NCBI RefSeq assembly: GCF_009914755.1
Contig: NC_060926.1
Reading direction: 5' to 3' (one strand)
DNA from: the human T2T-CHM13v2.0 reference genome, Homo sapiens
Length of the DNA: 64,000 nt
In this document: positions 34,949 to 54,446 of the stretch, piece after piece
How positions within the stretch are numbered: position 1 is the first letter of the stretch
How the letters are laid out: each line of letters opens with the position of its first letter
Program-made: the position numbers and the translations under genes
The notes under the pieces: generated by a model
Databases searched by the model: none
The model's input: the letters and a program-made list of their open reading frames with translations, nothing else
What the model was told of the DNA's origin: nothing

Positions 34949-35458
34949 TGAACCCAAGTCCCCTGCTCTTCCCCTGGGGCGTGCTGGAATCACCCGAGAT
35001 CACTGGAAAAGGGGTGGTGGTGGGGGTCCCCCACTGCAGCTGCGACACTGGCCAATAAGGGCAGAGTGGGGGCCCTGTAGCTTTCAGTGTGGGGTTTCAA
35101 TCCCAGATTTAACTCTGCCCTGGGATAAGAAATTTTTCCCAACAGAAAGATTGGTTGGTTCAAACTCCTAATTTACTTTGTCCCGGGATGGTATTACTTT
35201 GAGGTCTTTTCTTTTCAGAAGGAAAAATAAAATCTTGCCTAAGCAACCGAGGGTTAGAACTCTCCCTCAGGGTTCTTCTTCCCCGCTCTCTGTTGGGACA
35301 GTGAAGGGGGCTGTCCTCTGTTGGGTCTTCCTAGAAGCGGGAGGCATTCAGGAATTCTCAAGGGACCTCAAGCATGTGTTCAGACTGTGCTAGGTTAGAG
35401 ACAGAGCTTGGGGGTGCTCAATTTCATTTTGGTTTTAATTGGGAAAGGAAGAGCATCA

Positions 35459-35695
<237 letters not shown>

Positions 35696-36057
35696 TTACA
35701 GAGTCAGCACAGGGAAAGGTAAATGTTTTCATATGACCCAAACCACCCAACTGGGACCTGTTGGTAGGAGAAGCTTATTGGGAATTATTATACCAGGAAA
35801 CAAGTTAATGGCATTAGGATCATAACAAACAATAAGCAAATCTCACTCACTCTTTCTTTTCTCTTCCCATCAGGATGAGTAGTAATTCTGGAGCCAGCAC
35901 CAAAGTACACGACTAAGACTAATAACACCTTCATTTTCCAAGTCCTTTATCCAAGGATCTCAAAATACCCAACAAACAACTTACTGTTTTCCTAACAAGC
36001 ATAAGGAGCAAGCAGTGGGAAAGTCAATCAACAACAATAAATGAATTCTACATTTCT

Positions 36058-37172
<1,115 letters not shown>

Positions 37173-38354
37173 AATGGTGAGTAGAAGTTAGTTTCTGATT
37201 CCTAACTCCTTATTTTACCTTCAAAACTACTGTCTGTGCTTGAATGTAACATTCTCCAAAATCAACCATCAGTGAAGAGGGATTCACTTATATCTGAGTT
37301 TGCAATGTATATTATATTGTTAGGCCTCTATTACTTAAAAGTATTGTTTGGGGAAGACAGATTAGTTTGAAATAAACTCAGTCATCACTAATTTAGGATA
37401 CTTCCAGAGGTCACCTGGTAGAGTCAGTTAAAAAATGGTAAAGCCATCTAACAAAGATTTACTCATTATTCTTGGGGTTGGGATCTCTTAATTGCACGTG
37501 TTGGTTATCACCGCAAAGAAGCCACTAAAGTCACTTCGAAAAGCAATTTCCTTAGCTGGTGGTCACAGTGGAGAAATTACAAACACAGACCTCTAGAACA
37601 AATGACAAAACCAAGGTTCTGAATGTTATGCAAATGGATACATGTGGGGATAGCATTTCTGGTGAAAAGCACTGTTCCAAAAGCACGGTGTGTCTAACAA
37701 CATAGAGGCTGTGTCACGCAAAAGTGCTTTGGGAGAATCAAAAGTTGCTCATCTAGTGATGGCTAAGATGCTGATGCTGAAGATAATGCGAACAGCCTGA
37801 TTATAATTGTTTCTCGAAATGTGAGTGAAGAAAGACCTTTTCCTCAGTCTCTATTATTTGACATACTTTATGATTTTTACAGTGCATGGAAAACAAAACT
37901 GTGACATTAAATATTATCATGGATATCATGATTGCCTGTTTTTCATCACTGCAAGTTTATATATATATTCAAGTTGGCCAAAGAAACTTTCTTTGGAGCT
38001 CTTCTTTGAAATTGGCAATCCCCTTCTCTTGGACTGCTGTACAGCACTGGTAAAACTTGATAGTAGTAATCACAATTCCAGAGGTACACAGACCACCTTT
38101 CTCAGAATGTACTCTAAGCATTTTATATGCATTGTGTCACCACTTAACAGCAACAAAACCATCAGAACTAAGAGGCTCTTCCAGGCTAAGTCTCTAGAGC
38201 AAGAGTTTTTTAACCTGGGGTCCAATAACTTGAATAGAGAAGTGACCTCTTCATTTTCACTAACCTCTCACTGTAACAGAACATTTCCTTCAACTATGAG
38301 TAAAGGTATGAAACCAGAGTCATGGTTTAGCAGGAGCAGTAGTACAACACTTGA

Positions 38355-38693
<339 letters not shown>

Positions 38694-39818
38694 AAATCAC
38701 AGCTATTTTCATATCATATTGCAGTTGTGCATACATACGGTTTATATTCCTCACTGCTTAGAAATTCTGGAAGCCACCAGATCAGCTAGAAAGGTTATTT
38801 AGTGCATTAACAAGCACTAAAGGATATCACACATTTAAAAATATTTGGGGACTACATTTTCCCCATTTCCCCTTTCCCAATATTTTGGGCTGGCATCCAC
38901 CCTGCAAAGAGGACCGAGGAGTGGGCAGCATGCAGGGGCAGCCCTCCCTCCTGCTCAGACCCACAGGAGCCCTCGCCTTTCAAGGTGATTCCGGCGCTGC
39001 AGTGTGCCTGTGTGTGTGCACCCTCACCCTCCAGTTCCCTCGCCAAGTTTTAGCACTGCTCTACATCTTTTCCTAACCTTTCAGTTTACATTTTTATGTG
39101 TTGTGCCGAGACATTCATCTCTCTTCAAAATTCTATGTATACGGTCAGGGAGGGTGAGGAGTGTCTTAGAGAGGAAAAGTGGTTTCCGTGCTGTGGTATT
39201 TCAAAATGGAAAGAGCTTCTACGACTGATGATAAGCTACTTGTTTCTAATAAATACCTGGGATCTTGCTTTGCTTGTAAGCCATTCATCACAGAGGGGAG
39301 TCAGTGCTGGATGCGTCCATCTGGAACCTCTTGAGAGGAGTGTGTGGGTGGCCATTTAACCTTGGGAGCACGGACCCTTCTAAGGCCACAATTTTAGTCT
39401 ATATCCAATTAATTGCTTTAGGTGCTACACATGGAGATTCAGCTTGAAGTGTGTATTTCTTCGTCTGTGTAATAAGCTTAGTGTTCTTAGGAGTTTAGCG
39501 GTTACCATTAAAATATTGATTAGAAATTCAGTTATTAAGTTTTTTTGGGGGAAGGGCATGTCTTGGGGAGTGCAGAGCTGTGTGTAACTAGTATCTGGTC
39601 TTTGGTTATGGAGAAGAACCTTGCGTGAGTATCTGGAGCTATAATGTGTGGCACATGTGTAGCCATAATAATAAGATTTGGGTTAAAGGAGGGAAGCAAG
39701 TCTGCAGACCTTGACCAGAGTAGTCCTCAAAAAGCCTGACCCTCCTCCAACATAGCAGGTGACTTTCAGACCCAGAGATCTCTCCAGCTCACTTCCACTT
39801 TGGAGGGAATGCACGTAC

Positions 39819-39943
39819 CTGTTGATGTTCATGTTGCAGTGGTTTGCAGACAAAGTATTACTGGTGGAGGTGGCCAGTCTTGAAGAGCTGTCTTTCTCTC
39901 CCTGGGACTTCTTGATCTCCCTGTAGTCGTCTTCGTTGTCACA
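39819..39943 (-). CDS. AFF3: AFF3 exon ([41 protein letters not shown])
   Basis: cccatacag|TGT acceptor and AG|gtacgt donor; 125 nt; phase fits neighbours. Confidence 0.93.
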
Positions 39944-40393
39944 CTGTATGGGAATAAACTAAAGTCAATCAGCACTGGATTTCAAGAGGTATTATGAGTT
40001 CCCAGGCACCGACTTCCACAGAGCAAGGCCTCCTGGGAGCCCCACTCACCTGGCTTCCCCGAAGCACAGCCTGAGCAGCTGTGCCCCTGCCATAGCTTCC
40101 CCATTAGCTCCTCAACAAGCAAGGATGAAATCTGTCAGTTTTACAATTGACAGCTGATGGAGAGGAGAGGCACGACGCCATGATTCAACATTTTGAATTC
40201 TGAAAGCTGCTCTGCCATCAACCGGCTTAGGATTTAGCCCTCCAACTGGTCTGAGTTCCCACTGCAGCTCCAGCGGCACTCACCTTGGCATTTCTTGGTA
40301 TCAGAATAAAGTACAGCAAGTGTGTGTTCTCTGGGATTCATGCCATAAGGGCAGTGGCAAGCCTGGACTTTTCTGTTTTAAAAATTCTTGCTT

Positions 40394-41164
<771 letters not shown>

Positions 41165-42062
41165 TAAGGTGCAACACAAATATATTCAGAAAGTACCATT
41201 TTCCATGAGATAACAGGAACCTAGTATGGTATCCTCAGGGCTGTCTGCATTGTTTTCCAGGAGACAAGTGCCAACACCAAAGAGAGAAAGACTCTGACTT
41301 TCTCGCTCTGGCTGGGATTTTGCCACACAGCCTCTGCCACAGGGGCTCCCAGATGCCCACACTGTAATAGTACCCCCATGGAGGGCCCAAACCAAAGCTC
41401 CGAGTTCTTAGTCCTTAGCTCCAGGGCTCCAGCAGGGCGAGACTCCACAAATTTGACAGCCAGGTCTATGGGGTCCCATCTCCAGCACCCAGTACTGGGG
41501 TACTAATGCCCAGAATACCAAGTAAAGAGCACTATAAGAATGTTCTTTCACTTCTCTTGTGTCTGTGTTTAATGATTCTTTAGATTTTATGAGTACAGCC
41601 AGGTGTCAGGCTTACTGTAAATGAAGCTTCTTAAGTTAAAATAAAAATGGCCATAAGTAATACAACTATTTAAACACAGAATATTACGGAATTTTATGTA
41701 CGTCTTTCTGCACATCTCTCTAGTAAACTCTGCATGCCTGGATGGCTTTATGTATTTCCAATCTGTCTATATATTACCAATGTCTATCTCTGCATATTTC
41801 ATGTGTATATTTCCATCAGCGTATTCAGTTAGCCATCCATCCCAGAGGTAATAGCCACACTCATTCCCAGATGATTAACTGATTGATTGATTCCTACACT
41901 CAACAAAGACTGAGCACCAGCAAGTAGTAAGGAAGACAGGGTGTGTAGAGAAAAACAGGAGGAATAGCAGGTAGGGAAGAAAATGAGCTGCCAAGTATTA
42001 CTGAGTTGCATTGTTGGAACATATTGTGTGAATCTGACAACACCCCTGCAAAGACGTCAACA

Positions 42063-42366
<304 letters not shown>

Positions 42367-42444
42367 GATGTCAGCATTTTCTAGATGGAGAAACTGATGT
42401 TCAGAGAAAGTAAGGTCACCTGATTAAGGTCACTGAGGAGGCCA

Positions 42445-43190
42445 AGGACCATAAATAACCTTCTGGGTCTAGCGCAAAATGAAAACGCTGGGCCCTTTGT
42501 TCAAAAAGCAGGAAAAGAGTGATGTTATAAAGCCCTCAAATAGAAAACATTCTCCATTCTTTCACAGTCTCTGTCATGGAGGTGTCTACAGTATTTGCTA
42601 TACACACTGTACTTCTTTGGGCATGGGGATACTTGGGGAGGCAAGTGTAGCCTCTCAAGGGCTCTGTCTGCCCTTGGACAAGGTATATGTGTGCAGCCCA
42701 CCAGTGTGGGCGTTCCCCTTCTGCCAATCAGAGGCCCTACCTGTGGTGCCCGAGTTGTCAGGCATTTCCCCAACAACCCACAGCAAGTGGGCAACCCCCA
42801 GGGGATTTCAAGACCCTCTTTGGAATGTCTTACTACCTGGATGAGGGATGGGCAAGATTCTTCCTCTGCCTGCACCTAGGCCCCTTCTTGGGGCAAGGGC
42901 AGCAATAGTCCCTGGACTAAGACAGGAAGTGGGAGGCTGCCTAGGGCCCAGGGTGCCAGGAGGCAGAAGCGCAGGCAGAACCTGCCCTGCAGAAACAGGC
43001 AGGAGGTGGGAACACAGTGAGTCAAAGCTCCATATGCCCCTGCACATGTACCATCAATTTGCAGCATCACAAATTCAAAGATTACAGGAAAAATTTTAAG
43101 ATGGCAGCCACAAGCATTCAATTCCAAGGGGCCCTGGGTGATGCACACCACTATGGTCCCATGCATGGGGCCCATGAAAAGCTGGACCTG
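42445..43190. mobile_element. MER45-like hAT-Tip100 relic
   Basis: gcgcaaaatgaaaacgctgggccctttgttcaaaa motif and a matching end region; recalled from consensus. Confidence 0.5.
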
Positions 43191-43375
43191 CAGGAGGGAA
43201 ACGGTAAAGACAGGATTTGAAGTCAGGACACTTTGGTGTGAAAATCCACACACTTTCCATTATATGTGAGCACTCTCAGGGCAATGGGGACCAACTAAGG
43301 GCGCCCACTGCCGGCTAATAATGGCCAGTGCTGGGTGGAAACTATGTTGGGGCCTCTTTATAAAATTATCTTTGC

Positions 43376-44152
43376 TGGCCACGTGCAGTGGCTCATGCCT
43401 GTAATCCCAGCACTTTAGGAGGCCGAGGCAGGCGGATCACCTGAGGTTGGGAGTTCGAGACCAGCCTGACCAACAATGGTGAAACCCCGTCTGTACTAAA
43501 AATACCAAATTAGCCAGGCATGGTGGCACATGCCTGTAATCCAAGCTACTCGGGAGGCTGAGGCAGGAGAATCACTTGAACCCAGGAGGCGGAGGTTGTG
43601 GTGAGCCAAGATGGTGGAGCATCATTGCACTCCAGCCTGGGCAACAAGAGCGAAACTCTGTCTCAAAAAAAAAAAAAAAAATTTTTTTTTCTTTGCATCC
43701 ATACCAAGGAAAAGCAAAAAGCTGCCCCTTGAACATATTTCTTTTCATGAACTTTCTTGCAAGGGCTTCAAATTCTACTTTATAGGGATAAATTACTTAA
43801 TGTTATTAATATTATGTGAAGAAAAACATCCTTTGGTACTTTATTTTTTATTTTATTTATTTATTTCTTTGAGATGGCGTCTTGCTCTGTTGCCTAGGCT
43901 GGAGTGCAGTGGCATGATCTTGGCTCACTGCAACCTCCGCCTCCCAGGTTCAAGTGATTCTCCTGTCTCAGCTGCCTGAGTAGCTGGGACTACAGGTGTG
44001 CACCATCATGTCTGGCTAATTTTTTGTATTTTAGTAGAGATGGGATTTTACCATGTTGTCCAGGCTGGTCTTGAACTCCTGAGCTCAGGCAATCCGCCCA
44101 TCTCAGCCTCCCAAAGTGCTAGGATTAGAGGCTTGAGCCACCGTACCCGGTC
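43376..44152. mobile_element. Alu (+) ~43376-43681 and Alu (-) ~43842-44152
   Basis: Alu consensus; TSD tggtacttta around the second. Confidence 0.93.
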
Positions 44153-44439
44153 TGGTACTTTAGAATGAATTTCTCTGGTCATAGGTGCCCTTAGGTTACA
44201 AAGATGATTGTCATAAAAAGGAGACTGAGTGCCTTCTCCATGCGCACTTACAAAGCAAGAAATATATTCATCGTGGCCAGGACAAGGTAACAAGCTGTAC
44301 TCCTTAGTCCCCTTCTCAATCAGGGATTCGAAATAGCTGTGAAACGTATGTGTCCAGTCTAACTTTTCTATTGATAGACTAGACTGTCTTCAGAAAACTG
44401 GAAAATATACAGACCTCAGACTGATTTCTTATTGTGACG

Positions 44440-44660
44440 CTCTGAAGCCAGACAGCCTGGGTTAATTCCTGGCTCAGCCCCTTAGGACCTATGTAACCTT
44501 GGGCAAGTTGCTTTAGGCTCTCTGAGCCTCTGTTCCCTCTCCGTAAAATGGGTATGACAATATTTGCCTCATAAAGTTATAAGGATGAAATGATTTAACA
44601 TGTATAAAGTGCCTAGAGCAGCATCTGTCATGGGGACCTATATACCTGTGAGCTGTTGTT
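44440..44660 (+). mobile_element. MIR
   Basis: gccagacagcctgggttaattcctggctc...ccttgggcaagttgct...ctctgagcctctgtt...gtaaaatggg. Confidence 0.8.
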
Positions 44661-45301
44661 ACTGAAAACTTTGTCCTAAATTTGGAGCCATCCATGCATA
44701 TTGCAATCTTGGTCTGTCACCCATTGTATTTTTCACTGTGATAAAAATTACTTATGAAGATACAGTAACAGGAGGGGTTAAAAACCCTCAAAATTGGCTT
44801 TAATGGATGATTAAGGTATTCCCCTGCACAAAAACCTTCGAAATGGGCTACACGTTCAGGCTCTGCTGCCAGAGATGCCCCCCAGCTCTCCCTGTCCTTG
44901 CTTTTGCTGCCCTTCTCACTCCCTGGACTCACCGCTTCCATTCCTGACCCTGGACGTATTCAAATATCCCTCCTCTACAGAGCCCTGTTTTCAGGGCCCC
45001 TCCACCATGAAGCCCTCCTTGATCAATGCTAACGGAAGCAACAGCTGCTGGTTCTGATGCTGCATCAGGGTCTGCCGTATTCATTTTCACCTGCCACAAC
45101 CTTGAACTTCATGAGGCCACTGGCCTCTTGGGCCAATGAGTGATCCCACCATCAATGTCACCCCATTCCTGCCAGCAAAGAGTGAGGGTTCTCATGTGTT
45201 TAGCTTTCTCACAGGCCCTACATCCAGCTGCGTGTGCACACGCTTGATAAATATTTCCTATTTTGACATGCAGTGGGACAAGGCTTAATTACCTATAACT
45301 A

Positions 45302-45658
<357 letters not shown>

Positions 45659-45807
45659 CTAAGTTAGATGTTAAGTGCTTACAACAGTGTCTGGATATAG
45701 AAAGTACCCTAGAAGTGTGTGTTAGGTAAGGACACACAAAACTCCTGCGGCAGCCTACCGTCCCAAACAGCAGCCTATGGGTGCTCTATCCAAGTACCCA
45801 CAAGTTA

Positions 45808-46992
<1,185 letters not shown>

Positions 46993-49900
46993 TCATTACA
47001 GGCTCACTTAAAAGGGGCCTGGCTGTTTTTATCTTGACTTACTTCTCTAAGTATATGAGCAGAAAACGAATGGGCTGGAAGCAAAAGGAAAATGGAAGCA
47101 TTAAGCGTGTGTGGCAGCCCCATGTGGCACTCAGGATGCCTGGATGATGCTGTCCTTACCGGCCCGTGGCACTAAATGTCCTTGCAGCACTTCCTCTTTG
47201 GAAAAATAAGGAAAGCATTGTGTCTCATTAGAACCCATTTCCTAGTACTTTTGAGTGTTAGTATAAATTTTTTTATATAATTATATGTACATATGTAAAC
47301 TTGAAATTCCCCAAAACTCAGAGAATTGTTTAGAGGCCCTGAGCATAAATCACTTGTTTTTTTGGTGAGACTTAAAACTTTGGGGAGATCTGAAGGGGGA
47401 CTAAGTGGAACCTACAATCCCAAACAATTAACACATGATTTATGTGTTGAAGGCAGGTAGGCTGTAGTAATTTGGTAGTAGGAGCAATGACCTTGGGAAG
47501 ATGGCTTGTTTTGCATATAGAACTATTTCAGAGGTATTTGTGCATCTTTGGCAGCCTGACTGGGTCAGTCTATCCTCAACCTGCTTCCATCACACTTTGC
47601 TAGAAATATTTCAAACATGGAGGTGAGATGGAACACTTTCCTGCAAGCAGGTTTGCTAACTTAGAGCAACTCATGAAAGTCATTGGTTTTGAACTGTGGC
47701 CCCACAGGTTGGCTCTGTGGTTGAGGGTGGGGGGATGGCTAGGGAATGCCCTGAAATGGATGGGAAATGTGTAGATGCATTTTGTTTCTAGAAGAGGTCT
47801 GTACTTTTCAGTTGTGTCTCTAAGAATCTATGTCTCAGAAGCAAAAAAAAATTAAGGACCAATCCAATAATTTCACAGGGAGTAAATGCTGATGTCTAAA
47901 AAGTCAATTTATCCAGCATTATGATAATTAAGAGAAAACAGGTGTATTGAGAAGAATAGAATTTTAGCCAGAGTATTTTCAATTTGTGACTCTAAGTGAA
48001 ATGGGGAAAGTATTTTGGCTAAGGTGATGTGTTTTTTCTTCCCTATGGCCTTCCACCTTTCGAATTCGTGGCATCCATTGTTTCAGGGGAGACCAGATAC
48101 CAGGCTAGAGTAAGAAGACACTGCTTAGCTCCATACTTCAAGCTTGATCAGTTCAAGTCTAGAGCAAATTGGGTCTGTTGCCAGAGAAAAAATGGTTTAA
48201 CACAATAAATAAAAATAATAAAGTTTAATAAAATTTTAATAAAAATAATAAATACATTTAAATAATAAAATTTGAAAAGGTTCCTTTGAAGTATCAAGGT
48301 TTGTTTTTCAACAGTGAGGCCTGTATTAAGAGCAGAACTCAGGGCTCTTGGCCTCACCCCAGGCACTGAGGATTTCAGAAGGGGAATAAGAGGGCTGTAT
48401 CATAGAAGCAGGGGCCTTGGCTGAGTCCGGGCACAACTCAGGGAAATGGGAAGCCTCTGATGGGCCAGAACGGGTTGGGGCCAAGAGGAATTGGCCACAG
48501 AGCGTGGGGATCAGGCAACCAGAGATATGACAGGGACCATGGACATCTTGCTGGTTGCCCCAAACCAGATGGGACCAACTGCCCTTTGGGGCAGACTGGC
48601 ACAGGGTGTCTGGTGACTTGGAGAAGCAAGAAAATTTCAGTGAAGGCCAGAATGAGGATGAAGGCCCCTTCCCTGGGCTGTGAGGATGCGGAAGCCCATC
48701 CTGGAGTGCAGGTGGGGAAGGGGGGACCCCCTGGCCCCGACACAGATTCTGGTCTTTGACGTGACATTTTTCTTTGCTTGTTTTCATGGCCACCAACGGA
48801 ACCGGGGCACCAGAGAAATATGCAAATGAGTAGAAAGACAGATGGTTTTTGTACCTCTGAGTTCTGCGTAAATCATGACCTCGCTTTATTTGGCTTCTCC
48901 AGAGAAAGGGAACACGGGAAACCTATGGAACATGCCCAGTGCATGTGGCGGTGGCAGATGCCCTCCCATGGTCAGAGAAAGCAGGACAGTGGGACACGGA
49001 ACAGCTTCTCGGCCAAGGGGGATCCCTCACCTCCCCTGAGATTAGCTGAGAGTGCCTGAAAACTAATTTGGTGGCAAAAATCAATGGCTTCTAATTTTGT
49101 CTCCCTCAACCCCCATTTCTCTCATCAAGTCAGTGCCTTCGCCTGTGCCTCAGCTTCCCTAGACAAATGGGACACAGTAAACAGGAATGGATGCTGAAGG
49201 GGCCTCTTGCAGAAAGGGTGCACATATTGGAAGAGGGCACACACACACACGGCAGAACACACCCCTCACACTGGCCCCGCCACTGCGTTTCACACTAGTT
49301 CTCCTCACTGCTACCATCCGGAGCCTTCTATAGCCCACATCTCATATGTGAGAGAAGTCTGTTTGTAGCCAAAACACAGCTGCACACAGGAAAATTCACA
49401 CTGAAACTTCCTAGCAGGAGCATTAACAGAAGGGCAGAATTTAATACATTTAGTACAGGCCCACTGCCTGGTATGCTTTAGGGTCATTTTTTCTGCACTT
49501 CACAGCTGAGGAAATCAGTTTGAAGTACCCACTTTCAACACATCACTAAATCATACTTTTTTTTCCCTCAAGGATCTACAATAACCTCCTATTGCCTCTC
49601 AAACAAAATCCAAATTTCTAAGGGGGGCGTTTAAGGGCGTCCATTATCTCGTAATCATCTTTCATTGTCAGAATACCTACAGTTTAACTCCCACTTCATG
49701 TGTATTATCTCATTTAATCTTTACAGATAAGAAAGGTTATCATCCCTAACTTGTAGATGAGGCTCAGAGAGGCTAAGGGACATACCCAGAGCTGCACAGC
49801 TACCGGGCTCTACGGAGACTAACTTTGTACTCATCTAGGTTTAAAGACCAATTGTCTCCACGGCTGCATCACTGTGTCTCCCACTGTTTGGCATAGCCTC

Positions 49901-51906
49901 GTGAAAGGGGGACCGCATTCCTTTGAGAAATGTCAGTCTTCAACTTAAAATGACAGAATTAGATCTGAATTTTGGAGAAAACACCAAGAACACTCCAAAC
50001 AGTACTTGTTGCCCTCTGTTATACTCAATTGCGTTGTCTTTTGATGTTCGTATTTGTTTCATGTGTATATATGTCTTGTGTCTTCAAAAAAGCCAAATGC
50101 TTCTTTCAGGCAAGGGCCAGGTCTCTGTTTCTTTAGTATCCCTTGCAGCATCTATACTAGGTCAGGGAGACAGATTGCCACATCTCTCCTCCTAATAAGA
50201 ACAACTCACAATGAGGTGTCACTCAAATTGTACCATTTATTCCTTTATCATCATCATTTTCCCCCCGACAACCTCACAGGTTAGGCAGAGCATGATTATC
50301 TGCCATTCTGGAAATGAGGCAATTGTGGCCAAGGAAGCTGCAAGGATACAGAGTTTAGTGGCAGTGAGGAGGGGAACCTCAGGCTGCAGACGCCAGGCCA
50401 CTGGCATGCGGCTGGCCACAGTCCGCCTCCTGAGCCGTCCATCCGGGGTTTCTGCCCAAGGTTCTGGTTTGTTTGCTGGCTCACTGCTTTATATTTTCAG
50501 CCATGACTCTCCTCCCTAATTGATCTTCCCTCTGACTCACGCACCAGCTCTCCATCATGCACTCTGGTCCCTGCTTCATCTAAATCCTTCAAGTACCCGC
50601 TGCCATGGACCTCGTAGGCACCTAATAAATGAGAAGCTTGTTGAGTCAGCGAGCAACTTGAATCACATTTCTGTTGATTTTTAAGAACGATCTAGGGCAG
50701 CATTTTCCAAAATGTGCTTTTAGCTCATCTATCCCATGAAGGAGGGTTTCCAGAGTCAGATCAATCTGGGAAATGCCACAATGGAAAACACAGTACACCC
50801 GAGCAATAGTAAGGGTTGGGTGATGATTCGATAGGTAAAGAGGTGGAATCAACCTATTTTGTCCCAGATCTCTTTAACATTAGGTATCCAGGCTTTTTTA
50901 TTTTATTTTTTTCCTCCACGTAATATATATTGTACAACAAAGGCCGAGTGAGTTCCGTGTGTGGGGTCAACATGTTAGCTGAGTGCAAAAGCAACTTCTC
51001 CTGCAAAGCTCTGGTATAAGAGGCTGTACAGTGCCTGGAAAGCAGATTAGACTCCGGTGAGAAAAAGTTGTCTGAGACCAATGAAGCCCACATCATGCCA
51101 CAGAGAGGGCCCCTCCATGCTACGCGGGAACATGGCATTACCATACTACAGTGATTTACGTGAAACAAATTGGCTCTCAACACACACAGCCAGAAAGAAC
51201 ATCTCCTACGCAACCCAGCTGAGCCCAGTGGGTTTTCTGAGTGCTGGGACATGGTGGGGAGAATACAGGGCGCCTCCTACGCCCATAGCAGGATGTTACA
51301 GCAGGGGAGTGAGGAACAGAGGCGTTCTGCTTCAAAGCAGCACAAACTGGTCTGAGCAGCGGAATGTGAGGTGCATGGCTATGAAGAGCCTGACTGTCAT
51401 GTGGGGTTCAGGAAAAGGAGTCTTACAGCTCTCTGTAAGGTGACCTGGGCCAGCTCCGCCAGACCAGGCAGCACAGCTGTGGAGGACACACAGGGTGATG
51501 TTACTTCCTGCCTTTGCCATTTGCAGTCTGCAAACTCATTTTCTTTCTAAAGGGTGTGTGTGTCTGTATTATCCTTAGGAAAAGTGTTAAAAGAACTTTA
51601 CTTTTATTCCAACAAATACATTTCTTTCCTGCAGAAAGAACGAACGTGCAGCGTGGCTAACACATCACCTGCTGCTTCTGCAGTCCTCTGTGTAGGGAAG
51701 CCAGGAATCCAAAACCACACATAGCATCAGGTGACTTAAACTTTTAGGACTGACTCCTTTAGGAGGCTCTTGCCCCTCTCCTTAGCGAGGGGCCTCTGAT
51801 AGCTGCTGGAAGAAATGACAAGAGCCTCCTTTCATCACCCAGGAGTTCAAGTCTTTGTAATTATCTCAGTGACATTTAGAAAGCATTTGCTTAAAGCACT
51901 TTATAA

Positions 51907-52222
<316 letters not shown>

Positions 52223-52544
52223 ACTGTACTGGTCTTAAATGAGGTTCCAGCCAACACAGGAGCTCTAGGACCTACATTTCAGGATGAAAATAAGCCTGAA
52301 CATTCATGAATTTAACCTGCAAAGCCACAAGGAGGAGCCTGGATGGATGATCTTCACAGACACAAACAGTTTTTGGATATCCTCACTGCCTGCCCTGTCC
52401 TTGCACTGTCCCTGGGACGCAGTTATTTCTTATAACTAAATATTCCAGAATTTCTCCACAAAGTATAGCATAAAGCAGGCTTTAAAGAAGCCTGCTTAAC
52501 TCTTCTACTTTATTTAACTCCTGTATTTTTTTCATTTTGAATTA

Positions 52545-52700
52545 TCCCCATTAGAATGTCAGCTCTATGAAGATAGGGACATTTTTTGTCATATAATTGT
52601 GTATTCCAGGGCCAAGTACTGTGTGACTGATGCTCAGTAAATATTTGTTGAATGAATTCTGAATGAGTAAATGAATCAATGAATGAGTAAATGAAATTAT
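52545..52700. mobile_element. L2 3' end fragment
   Basis: ttagaatgtcagctctatgaag...gctcagtaaatatttgttgaatgaat followed by (tgaa)n-like tail. Confidence 0.7.
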
Positions 52701-54053
52701 GCTGAAGGAATAATAATTTAGTTTCTGGGAAAAGCCAGGGTTATGTTACCATAAGGCTTTCATAGGTTAATGTTGCTAAGAGCCTTCCCCTCATACAGAG
52801 ATTGATAGATGGATAAATAGATGGATAGATACAGATGGACAGATGGAGAGGCAGAGACTGAACCTCATGGGAAGGAGAGCGTGGAGAGATGGCTTGGTTC
52901 AGGATGAATGGAGAGTCCTGAGCCAGGGCAGAAAGGTGCTGAGGAGAAAATGAGGAGTGTGGGGAAACAAAATGTCCCTGATTTCACAGTGCTCCTGCAA
53001 AAAGCTTTAGCCTCCTGAAAGAAGTAGGGAGGGGAAAAACCTGAAGGAACTGAAGAGCCACTCTGTGAACCTGAGATGGAACCACTGCTTTCAGGTGTGA
53101 TAACATCCAAGGCACCGCTATAAAAGCTGGACACGGGGATGCTGATCGGGCCCATTAAGGTGCTCCCCTCCCACTGAGATGGTTTGTAGAAGTGGGTTTA
53201 GTTCCATTTCAGAGCCTATTTAGGAATATGGCCCCCCCAAATGGTACAGAGGGCTGTAAGTAAAAAATTAAACCTGACAATCATTAGTCATGTCAAATGT
53301 TTACGCACTCAAGAAGAAACTCTATTTTACTCCTTGTTTAGAAATTAGAGTCTACCCTTAGAGCTCTGCAGCCTGGGGAAGTTTCTCTCAGCCCTCTCCC
53401 AAGAATCTTCATGCTCTGAATTACTATTTAATTTTCCCCTTCCTACTTTAAAGTAGAAACAGCAATGGTTTTTATTGGTACCTTCTAATGTTTTTATAGG
53501 AGGCACCTAAATCTTCCACATAGATACTCATCACAGCTATAAAAGGTTTCATCATTTTTTGTAGGGTGATGCTAATTTTTCTTTTTCTATTTTCACAAAG
53601 AAAACACAGTTAAGAAGGTTTTATTAATATTTATAGCCCTTCTTCTTCTGATCCGTGACAAACCGCAAAAAGGTAAGAATCTGACCATGTCCAACCCATA
53701 AAACCCCTTTCCCTGTGATTTATGGGTGGTCACACTTCCCAGGCGGTGAGTGGCTCTGTCCAGCGACTGCCCTGGCTGACCCCAAGGGAGACCTGAGCCA
53801 TAGGTTATTTCCTGTCAGTGATGTTTATAGCATACTTGGAAATTTCTGGAAGTCAAGAGAGAATCTGGGGGCAATGAAAGTTGATGTTTCTGTACTTCAA
53901 AGGAACCTGTGAAATTAGGAGACTGTGAGGAGGGGGAAAATGTGGAGCCCGAAGCCCATAGCCTCCTCCTTCCCAGCACCTGGCTTGGGGTCTGCAGGAG
54001 GGAGGAGACCTGCAGCAGTGTGACAGTGACAATGCCCGGACTTGCTATCCTCA

Positions 54054-54446
<393 letters not shown>

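Noticed and set aside
52473-52497. 10-bp stem hairpin aagcaggctt-taaag-aagcctgctt
   Set aside because: Too short for a pre-miRNA, and of a size that can arise by chance in 64 kb.
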